DNA from: Octopus bimaculoides | Taxonomy: Eukaryota | Length of the DNA: 53,166 bases | Assembly (NCBI RefSeq): GCF_001194135.2 | Contig: NC_068998.1 | Location: 7,801,130 to 7,854,295 of the forward strand | Direction of reading: 5' to 3' | Part shown: piece by piece, positions 27,112 through 37,588 of the stretch | Layout of the letters: each line of letters begins with the position of its first letter | How positions within the stretch are numbered: position 1 is the first letter of the stretch | Made by a program: the position numbers and the translations under genes | The notes under the pieces: generated by a model | Seen by the model: only the letters and a program-made list of their open reading frames with translations | What the model was told of the DNA's origin: nothing | Database searches by the model: none

Positions 27112-27919
27112 TCAAACACAGATCCACACNNNNNNNNNNNNNNNNNNNNNNNNNNNNNNNNNNNNNNNNNNNNNNNNNNNNNNNNNNNNNNNNNNNNNNN
27201 NNNNNNNNNNNNNNNNNNNNNNNNNNNNNNNNNNNNNNNNNNNNNNNNNNNNNNNNNNNNNNNNNNNNNNNNNNNNNNNNNNNNNNNNNNNNNNNNNNNN
27301 NNNNNNNNNNNNNNNNNNNNNNNNNNNNNNNNNNNNNNNNNNNNNNNNNNNNNNNNNNNNNNNNNNNNNNNNNNNNNNNNNNNNNNNNNNNNNNNNNNNN
27401 NNNNNNNNNNNNNNNNNNNNNNNNNNNNNNNNNNNNNNNNNNNNNNNNNNNNNNNNNNNNNNNNNNNNNNNNNNNNNNNNNNNNNNNNNNNNNNNNNNNN
27501 NNNNNNNNNNNNNNNNNNNNNNNNNNNNNNNNNNNNNNNNNNNNNNNNNNNNNNNNNNNNNNNNNNNNNNNNNNNNNNNNNNNNNNNNNNNNNNNNNNNN
27601 NNNNNNNNNNNNNNNNNNNNNNNNNNNNNNNNNNNNNNNNNNNNNNNNNNNNNNNNNNNNNNNNNNNNNNNNNNNNNNNNNNNNNNNNNNNNNNNNNNNN
27701 NNNNNNNNNNNNNNNNNNNNNNNNNNNNNNNNNNNNNNNNNNNNNNNNNNNNNNNNNNNNNNNNNNNNNNNNNNNNNNNNNNNNNNNNNNNNNNNNNNNN
27801 NNNNNNNNNNNNNNNNNNNNNNNNNNNNNNNNNNNNNNNNNNNNNNNNNNNNNNNNNNNNNNNNNNNNNNNNNNNNNNNNNNNNNNNNNNNNNNNNNNNN
27901 NNNNNNNNNNNNNNNNNNN

Positions 27920-27964
<45 letters not shown>

Positions 27965-28509
27965 ATATAACAATTTCATGAACAGAAAAAAATTTCAAAA
28001 TTTTTGGTAAAACAACATAAAACACCATAAATTTCCTTTTTATTTACCAAGTTTGGTATGAATGTCTGCAAGACCAGGTATTATTCATTTTATTATTATT
28101 ATTTATTTTTTACGTTGTTTTTATTTTTCACTTTTCACTTCCACTACATTTTTTTTCTATCATGTTTATATTCTCTCAATTAAACTTAATTAAGCATCAT
28201 TAAGAATGGGAATTAGTTAAATGTCACACTGATAATAGCTAATACCTATAATCAATTGGAATGTTGGCACGCTATTAAAAAACTTATCACAGTTTCTTGC
28301 TTATTGCGAACGAATGGAGAAAACTGAAGAATATGGCGACACTGTAACCATAGCGTGAGAGGAACTTAACCACGTCAGAAAAAGAAAACATACTTTGTAT
28401 TGATAGGAAAAAAGAAACCAATGTTCCAGCGGAAAATTAAAGGGTCTATATTCTATATTTTTGTAAGTAAAATAAGAACGTTGCATGCTGCGAGATTATC
28501 CGGAAATAT

Positions 28510-28994
28510 GCAGGAGTGGCTGGGTGGTAAGTAACTTGCTTACTAAATACATGGTTCCGAGTTCAGTCCCACTGCAGGTTCAGTCCCACCTTGGGCAAGT
28601 GTCTTCTGCTATAGCCACGGGCAGACCATAGTCATGCGAGTGGATTTGGTAGACGGAAACTGAAAAAAAGCCCGTCGTATATATATATANNNNNNNNNNN
28701 NNNNNNNNNNNNNNNNNNNNNNNNNNNNNNNNNNNNNNNNNNNNNNNNNNNNNNNNNNNNNNNNNNNNNNNNNNNNNNNNNNNNNNNNNNNNNNNNNNNN
28801 NNNNNNNNNNNNNNNNNNNNNNNNNNNNNNNNNNNNNNNNNNNNNNNNNNNNNNNNNNNNNNNNNNNNNNNNNNNNNNNNNNNNNNNNNNNNNNNNNNNN
28901 NNNNNNNNNNNNNNNNNNNNNNNNNNNNNNNNNNNNNNNAAGGCGGTGCTCCAGCATGGCCAAAGTCAAATGACTGAAACAAGTAAAGAGTAAA
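28510..28994 (+). mobile_element. SINE family A, full-span copy with central gap
   Basis: Head gcaggagtggctgggtggtaagtaacttgc...ggttccgagttcagtcccactgc, (TA)n into the gap, tail aggcggtgctccagcatggccaaagtcaaatgactgaaacaagtaaagagtaaa. Confidence 0.9.
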
Positions 28995-29013
28995 TATGAA
29001 ATCCTTAGATTAA

Positions 29014-29600
29014 CGTACCGGTTTGTACAATGTCTATAATACGTATAACAGCGAGTGAAAAAACTCTACTTGTATTATTCAAGTGGTAACTATCGGCTCA
29101 TACTACCGGGTTCATTCTCATCAACCCCCTCTTTCTCTCTCTCTCTCTTTCTCTTTCTCTATTGGAAAGAAATCTTGAAATAAACTGAATAAAGACATCC
29201 ATCCATCTATCCATATATACATACATACATACATACATACATACATACGTACATACATACATAGAAACTTCAACACCAATGGAGAGATAGACAGGCAATA
29301 CTTCCTACACAATGATGGAGGTCGTGGTCACAAGTCTGTATTGATGTCATATGTCAAGTGACACTGAAACTTCTGCAGCGAAGAAAAAACATAATTAAGA
29401 TAGCTAATGGACTTGAAGAGAGGTATGAAGTAAAAGCTGATACAGATCTCCTCACCAAGAGCATTGATAAAAAAATTATTAGAAGAAAATAAAAAGCGGA
29501 CGAATGTACTGAGACGGTAGTACATGAGTACTTGAATAATACAAGCATAGCTTTTTCACTCGCTGTCATATGTATTATAAACACTATACAAACCGGTGAG
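29014..29600. mobile_element. Non-autonomous TIR element (MITE), piggyBac-like, TTAA target-site duplication
   Basis: TTAA at 29010-29013 and 29601-29604. Terminal 70 bp are inverted repeats with 60/70 identity (left cgtaccggtttgtacaatgtctataatacg..., right reverse complement ctcaccggtttgtatagtgtttataataca...). No transposase ORF. Confidence 0.8.
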
Positions 29601-29892
29601 TTAATCTAAGTATTTTATATTTGTATACATTAAAAAATATATATATTTCCAGATAATCCTGCAGCATATAACGTTCTCATTTTACCTAAAAAAATTTAGA
29701 ATATAGACCCAGTCAAGCTGTTTATCAATTTCTGGGTATGTCTATGTATGTATGCGTGTACATTGACAGAATATACATATCCCTTTTCTCTCTTGAGCAT
29801 TAAAATGCTGTCCTTCATATTTTTCTCTTTGCTTTCAATCAGTAAAATTACAACATAATAATACATACGTACATACACACATACTTATATAA

Positions 29893-30346
29893 GGGATCCC
29901 GAGGACAAGGAAATAATAACTCACCATATAGTAGAAGAATAGCCACTCATAATGAAAGAGAATACTGATGGAATGTACCTGTGAGCACCTCAATAAAATG
30001 TAAGCACAACAGACCTGATATAATGATTTGGGATGAAGATGAGAAGCTGTACACAGTTGTGGAAATTAGCTGCCCAGCGGATGTTAACATACAGCTGAAG
30101 ATCAGTGAAAAAGAGAACACCTACACTGGACTGTTGAGAAATGTGCAGTTATATTATCCAGATTACAATTTCAGACTTAGACCTGTGATTATTGGAGCCC
30201 TGGGATATGTAACACACAGCCTAAATACCAATCTTGAGAAATTAGGCTTCTCAAAACCAGAAATGAGAAAGCTAATTTGAAGACTACAGATCCAATTTAT
30301 CACTGGAACTGTAAAAATCTGTAAAACTTTCCAGAGGTTTCTCATT
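29893..30346 (+). mobile_element. Decayed RLE-type (R4/Dong/R2-like) non-LTR retrotransposon, restriction-like endonuclease domain
   Basis: Y*WNVPVSTSIKCKHNRPDIMIWDEDEKLYTVVEISCPADVNIQLKISEKENTY...VIIGALG...KLI*RLQIQFITGTVKICKTFQRF: RPD..E catalytic motif, KxxxY motif, IGALG motif. In-frame stops at 29966 and 30278 and an upstream frameshift. Confidence 0.88.
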
Positions 30347-30520
30347 TGTAGGTTCTGCAAGACCAAGATTGAGAATATCAAGCACATTCCGACCAGGTGT
30401 CTTCCAAAGACTGCCTTCTCGTGAGGCATGATCCGGTAGTCAGAACATTCTGGAACGGAGGAACGGAAGAAAACGAAAACTCCTACAGTGACTGAACACA
30501 GTATATTCTAAATTAAAAAC
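30347..30520 (+). mobile_element. RLE-retrotransposon CCHC zinc knuckle plus RHD segment, placed downstream of the endonuclease
   Basis: 30347-30400 encodes CRFCKTKIENIKHIPTRC (CX2CX8HX4C). After a frameshift, 30424 onward encodes RHDPVVRTFWN. Confidence 0.75.
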
Positions 30521-31523
30521 ACAGAGAACATATACATGAACACACACACACACACATATAAGCACATATATATGTGCATATATACGTATGTATATATATG
30601 TGTGAGTAAGTGTGTGTGTGTATGTATTTATACGTGTGTATGTTTATATATAGATTTCTATACACACACATACATGATTAGATGTGCACATATACAAACG
30701 TGTAAATATATATACGGACACATTTTTATACATCCATATATGTTCGAATGTATCTATGTATACGTATGTATATATGTATGTATCATCCACTGACAGGCTT
30801 ACAGTTATACACATTCAAGAATCTGTATGTAAAAAAAAAAATATAAATTTATGACTCATTTTTCTTTAATATCATACCTTTTATTCTGAATGATCAATGA
30901 GCAATGTCCAAATGATAATCCGAACCATTTTCCTCAAAACCTGTTCGCCATGATCTTCATATCACGTGATATATTACATTGTGTAGATATCACAATTATA
31001 CGTTGCGATGACGAATAAATATATTGCTTCAGTATATTATAAGTGACATTGACGCTGATTAGATTCATAAAGCCCATGTCACGTGGTGTTTATGTATTAA
31101 CTTGAACGATGAAATTAGCTTAAATGTTTGGAAGCCCTTAATGTATTTAGTGACAGCGAAAACAACACTAGTCTACTCTCCGTACTATTAGTGACAATGA
31201 CAAGATAAATTATCACATAATAAGAGAGAAAGGTTTTCGCAAATTTCTTTGTCACTCCCAGCGTTTTCAAGACAGAGTTTATTTTGGTCAGCTTCCACGA
31301 CGTTGAACGATAACACCTTCTTTAAATACGAGGCAGGGACAACGCGGTTGATTGGTGTGTTAAAAGTAGCAACCGGCTAGCCCTAAAACAGTACCATACT
31401 TTACGGCCTTAACAGATGTCATATGATGTATATATAGATGTGTGTGTATAGATGTATATATAGATGTGTGTGTATATATATATCTATACACACATACATC
31501 TGTGTATATATACATATATATAT

Positions 31524-31905
31524 ACTTTTCCTTTTTTTACTTTACTTTCTTTACTTGTTTCAGTCATTTGACTGTGGCCATGCTGGAGCACCGCCTTTAG
31601 TCGAGCAAATCGACCCCAGAACTTATACTTTGTAAGCCTTGTACTTATTCTATCGGTCTCTTTTCCCGAGCCGCTAAGTTACGGGGATGTAAACACACCA
31701 GCATCGGTTGTCAAGCGATGTTGGAGGGACAAACATATACACACACATACATATATATATATATATACATATATACGACCGGATTCTTACAGTTTTCGTC
31801 TACCAAATCCACTCACAAGGCTTTGGTCGGCCTGAGGCTATAATAGAAGACACTTGCCCAATGTGCCACGCAGTAGGACTGAACCCGGAACCATGTGGTT
31901 CGTAA
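31524..31905 (-). mobile_element. SINE family A, near full-length copy
   Basis: Tail cttgtttcagtcatttgactgtggccatgctggagcaccgcc, central CA/TA tract at about 31734-31776, head ...ggactgaacccggaaccatgtggtt. No gap; best reference copy in the window. Confidence 0.92.
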
Positions 31906-31944
31906 GCGACCTGCTGGATCACTGCCTTGGAGGTTGTAACCAAA

Positions 31945-32090
31945 CAAATCGAACACAGTACTTATTTTCTAGGTCCTGTCTTTATTCTATAGGTTTCTTT
32001 TGCCAAACCAATCAGTAACGGACACGTAAAGAAGTGAATACAGGTTGTCAAGCACCAGTGATGGACAAAATCAGAAACAAACACACCCAC
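31945..32090 (-). mobile_element. SINE family A, older divergent internal fragment
   Basis: tacttattttctaggtcc...ttctataggtttcttttgccaaacc...gtaac...ggttgtcaagc parallels 31640-31715. Confidence 0.6.
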
Positions 32091-32173
<83 letters not shown>

Positions 32174-32918
32174 TATAATATGTGTGTGCGTATTTGTGTA
32201 TCTGCTTGTGAGTGCGTCTGTTTCTATGCGTGTATGTGCGTGTGTTTGTGTGTGTGTGTGCGTGTTTGTGTTTGTGTGAGTATATGTTTGTGTGGTCAGA
32301 AAGTAAAGTTCTTACCACGCAGCCAAGGCTACGATTCTATATGCCAATTTCTTCATGTCACGAATGGTTAGAAAATAGACGTTGCAATTTGTTCTTAACA
32401 AAACAAGAGAAAATGAACGAAAAATATACATTGTCCCAACATCCAGCGGAAGCGAAAATATCCGAATAAATTTAGTCACCATCAATACAAATATTATGTG
32501 TATCATCAAAAAAGAAAATACACAGAAGATAATACACTAGATATACCACTTCTAAACAACAGTACAACACGCAAATCACAAGTATATAGTCTAAATTTAT
32601 CCATCAATCATTTCTTAATTAAACTCTTTCTCACTTCTTAGTTTAGATGCTCTCTTTTGACACTTCAGACATAAGTGATAATTACAAAACTTATGTATGT
32701 AGGCATCGGTTCATGATAATTCGCGCCTATTGAATTTTCACGCCTAATTCTCAGCGCCTTCGGTTACATTTCTGTAAACAAGAAGCAAATATTTGTTAGA
32801 GATTTAGAAGGTGAGATGGGAAAGTATATTTTGAGTGAGACGTTCGCTTTCTGTTAATTTACACTTTTCGATCAGTTTAATCTCTGTCTGGTATATACAT
32901 CCATACATACATACATAC

Positions 32919-32956
<38 letters not shown>

Positions 32957-33193
32957 NNNNNNNNNNAGACCGATTTAGCCCCAAACCATCGTGTAATTGA
33001 GTAGTCATTGCCGACATGTCTACGACTGATGGACAGAGCTAGCCTAATCAAGTGAACCAAGATTCAGTCTTGGGGTGTGTATCTCCCCCGTCTGTGTATA
33101 TATATTCTTCGCTTCATATAACATGAAGAGTTTTAACTTCTTACAATATAGATGCTTCACCATACTACGTCACATTTGATGACGATTTGGAAC

Positions 33194-33296
33194 GAAAGAG
33201 AGAGAGAAAGGAAGAAAGAAACAAAGATAGAAAGCGGGAAAACAGAAAGAAAGCAAAAGAGAAAGAAAGAAAGAAAGAAAGAGAGAAAAAGAATGA

Positions 33297-33340
<44 letters not shown>

Positions 33341-33372
33341 AATAAAGAAAGAAAGCGAGAGAGAAAGAAAGC
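33194..33372. repeat. (GAAA)n/(GA)n purine tract
   Basis: Direct reading; gives the KERK ORF. Confidence 0.95.
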
Positions 33373-35425
33373 AGATTCTTCTTTGCCTTGTCTATCTGTA
33401 AGAGATGTAAGCCATTGCTACGTCATCTTCCAAAGCAATCGATTAACATCATTCGATTAAGTTAGAGGCCATTGATGTCGCCGTTTGAGACTAAGTAATT
33501 TGTCGGAATGCTATAAATGACGGAGCGCTAAATGAACTATTTCAATTTGGTCAGGAATATTTCACTGTTTTCAATGTCTCTTACAAAAACTTTATTGTAA
33601 AATTAATGAGCATAAAATGTGAAAGTGTCTCTCAGAAAACTGTGTCTGTTGGAAAACTTATAATGGAAAATAGCTTAAATTTCCATTTTATCTAATCAAC
33701 TTTTTATTATTTCACCTGATTTATGGCATTATTTCGACAATGTGTGTTATATCTTCCTTAAACATTTTGATAAATTTAACTCTATACACACAGTGCAATC
33801 TAACGGTCTCTGTCCGAAGTTTGTAAAAGTCTTTAATCAAATCACTTGTAACGTTTCTAACCAATTCTTACATATTGACTCTAATATTTCAATTCTGTTG
33901 CGAAAGTAATTTTTCATTTTTTCTTTTCTTTAGATTCTTATGCTTCTCTTTCTGCTACTGCTTTTGGTTTTGTTTTCGGAATCGCATGACAAGGAATCAA
34001 TGTTTTAATGCACCAACAGTTACAGTTTTAAAGTATCTCCTTTAGAGTGACCGTACCATCCATTAATTTTCATCCTTTTGTGGAGTTTAAGGGCCGATCT
34101 ATCTGCTCATTAATCTCCATTTTTATAGTATTTAAGTGGACAAGAGACAATTCAGAAGTCTTACTAGACTACAAGACGTAGCTAAATAATAACTGGAGTT
34201 TCTTTATAGCTGTCTCGCCAGATAGAAATAGCAGTAAACTGCTAATAAATCACACATTTCTATCTGAAAAACCAAACTAAAATATCTAATACAAAAACAT
34301 CTAGATACTTTTTTCACTACCTTCCCTATCGTTATTTCAATGCCTTCCGTTCCTCGCATTCGAGATGAAAAGCTCTCAGCACAATTTTCTTTGCAGACTT
34401 CTGCAATATAAGCCTCATCGTCTATGTTTTCTATGTTTATTCTGCCTCAATCTCTTCGGTTTTTTAGGATTATAACAGTTTTGTGCGCTACTTCTTTTCC
34501 AATGACTCACTTGAAAAAATAAAGTGAATATAAAATAACCTGGAAAAAACATTAAAAAATCAAATACCAGGATATCTCCATAGATTTTCTCATTGAAATT
34601 AATGAAAATATTACCCAGATGTTACAGAATGCTGATCTCAAAACCAACGGCGTAACATCGTGTATTTTACTTCGATTCGATTTTTTTTATTGTTGGTGAT
34701 TTACTTATCTAATATTTTTTTTTTCGTTTTTTCAGATCTGTAATTGTTCACATTAGAAATAGAAGGATTTTGGGAATATATCAAAGCAAAGACATCCAGT
34801 ATTGCCGCGTGATTTACCTACTGATTTTTTGAGTGATGTTACAAGCATACAGGAAGAAAAATATTCACAATCAGAGAAATGTTATGATAAACTAAAGCGA
34901 AGAAAATCGAACGCGAGTCACTGAACAGAAAAATATAATTTGAAATGAATCCTAAATTTAGCATTTTCTTCCACGGTTTTATATAAGAATCTATCGATAT
35001 GTGTGTATTCATGTGTGTGAATATCTGTATTAGATCCCTAAAAATGTTTCCCTCTTTTTTTTTTTTTTTTTCACCTGAGTGAATATCAATATAATGCGAA
35101 CAAAAAGTATTTTCTTTTCATGATTTCTCTGAATCCATCACGTATATAATTTTCATTATCATTAAATGAATATAAAANNNNNNNNNNNNNNNNNNNNNNN
35201 NNNNNNNNNNNNNNNNNNNNNNNNNNNNNNNNNNNNNNNNNNNNNNNNNNNNNNNNNNNNNNNNNNNNNNNNNNNNNNNNNNNNNNNNNNNNNNNNNNNN
35301 NNNNNNNNNNNNNNNNNNNNNNNNNNNNNNNNNNNNNNNNNNNNNNNNNNNNNNNNNNNNNNNNNNNNNNNNNNNNNNNNNNNNNNNGGATATAAGCATA
35401 CATACATGCATATGTACATACGTAT

Positions 35426-35560
35426 GTATTATGTTTGTATTTATGTACTATGTTTGTATATATGTATTATGTTTGTATGTATGTATGTACGTATTATGTG
35501 TGTATGTATGTATATATGTATTATGTTTGTATGTATATATGCGTGTATTATGTTTATATG
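35426..35560. repeat. Minisatellite with core GTATTATGTTTGTAT, six copies
   Basis: Core starts at 35426, 35445, 35464, 35491, 35518 and 35545. Confidence 0.8.
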
Positions 35561-35727
35561 TATGCATTATGCAGATCTGTAACTATATGTGTATCTAAAT
35601 GGGTTATATAAGTTGTTATTCACAGAATCATGTGTCTATCGCAGAAAGCTTGTGTTACGGAAATTAATACTACATGAAGGAGTACTGGCTATAATCATAT
35701 GGAACTCAAGTGGTTAAACAAATATAT

Positions 35728-35761
35728 GACTGTGTGGTAAGAAGCTTGCTTCCTAACCACA
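35728..35761 (+). mobile_element. SINE family A head fragment
   Basis: gactgtgtggtaagaagcttgcttcctaaccaca. Confidence 0.55.
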
Positions 35762-37424
35762 AGATTGTATTGTATATTTAGCCATTCTTCGCGTAAAGCA
35801 ATATCAGACTTAATTATGTGACTTATTTCCCCTTCTTTTACATTTTAAGGTAATGTTTCTAAAGAATCACGCGTAGCCATTTCATTTCAGATTAATATAC
35901 TGAACTCCTTAATACTGACTAGCATTTTTAATACACTTCATCTTCTCGTTTGTGAACAAAAGACTTCTTACTTGGTTTGGTGACATGATTGATTTGAAGT
36001 GGACGAAGAATGCATCCACAAAGGCAGTAACATCCTGCTTGTTACGAATCCTCATTAGATAGCTGAGCAACATGACAGCTCTCACATGCAAAGAGGCATC
36101 GCAACAGTTGGCAAAATTTAAGAGTTATATTTTCTGTCAAGATTTCTCATGGAAACCTTGTTAAATTACATATTTAAAAAAGCAAATACTAATAACAACC
36201 ACTTTTTGACAGTTGAACAACCTCCGTGAGCTTTTCAAATGTCATCTATCTATTGCCATGATTTTAGCTTCACAGGGAACACATTCATGCAACATTCTGT
36301 TTCTGTATGTCATATCTGTATTGATGCAGTTTATAGTTTACCTCTTACGTGAACATTTTTTTTTTCAGTTTAAGAATAGGGTTTGTTAAATATGAAATAT
36401 TGAATAAATTCTTTTTCCTCCTTCGCATTGATAATTTTGGATTCTATTACTTTCCTATTTCTGCAGCATGTTGGGAGCTTAATATATATCTAGAGACAGT
36501 GATTGATATAATTTATTGTAAAAGGGAGTAGAAACTGGAACGTAAAATATGTTAACTATGTTTGTTGGGGCTATTTGAACGTATCAATCATTCGTGTTAG
36601 ATCGGGCCTCACTCCCAGTAAAAGATTTTCAATATCATACACATTGAAAGATGTGAGCAAAAATTAGTAACAACCAGATGTTGATATTTCACTAAAAATA
36701 TGCTTAAACACCTATTCAGATTTTAATGTGAATAATATGAGACATTATTGCAACAGAAAATACAATTAAGCTGATTGAACAAAATTGAAACCCCAAGTCT
36801 ATTACGTGTAGAGTAAATGTTACAAATAACGACGCATAGGGTTTCCATAACATCCCTGGCGTTTGACAAGAACCCTGTGAAACCGCCGTTGGTTCTACGG
36901 TGTAACCAATTACTTTTAAAGTGATGTAATTTAAACTATTCCATCAAAATTCCATGTTGATTTATATTCTTAAAACAGTGTAATTATGACAAAGTTATTT
37001 TAATAAATTCTTCATATTTTCAGACGCAAAATAATTACAGTGTCGTGCAACAGAAATATGGTAGCACAGGTGTTAGATTCTAGCCTTTATTTTCCGACAG
37101 AGCAACATAATTCTATTAAAGTCAGTATTAGATTTTAGTTCGAAAGATTCCATGAAAGTTTCCATGAATACAACTCTAGAAATATGTCTATAAAATAACG
37201 ACAGTGTGTGTGATCTAATCACTCGATTAATGTATATCCCATTCACTTGACCGTGTGAAAAATGGTCACTTCTTAACATATCTGATCGGTGAGAAGTTTG
37301 TTTAATTATTATAAAATTATTAATATTTTTTTTCGTCATGCGTTTATACAACGGCGAAAATATTTATACATTGTGTATAACTCTGTCTTTGTACTATATG
37401 GCACAATACTTGAAATGTTGAGCT

Positions 37425-37588
37425 GAGGGGGCCAGACGATTATATCGACCGCAGAGCACGACATTTACATAACTAATCGACACCGAAAGAATTAAAGACA
37501 GTTGATTTCGGAAGAATTAGAACTCAGACCGAACGAAATGCCGCTAGAGAATTTGTCAGTCCTGCTAAAGATTCTACCAGCTCGCCAC
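37425..37588 (-). mobile_element. SINE family B, divergent monomeric copy
   Basis: gacgattatatcgacc...aatcgacaccgaaag...gaattagaactcag...gaaatgccgcta...attctaccagctcgcc. Confidence 0.7.

Noticed and set aside
34300-34445. Minus-strand acidic stretch GRINIENIDDEAYIAEVCKENCAESFSSRMRGTEGIEITIGK
   Set aside because: No ATG or polypyrimidine acceptor in frame and no recognisable family; could be TE debris.
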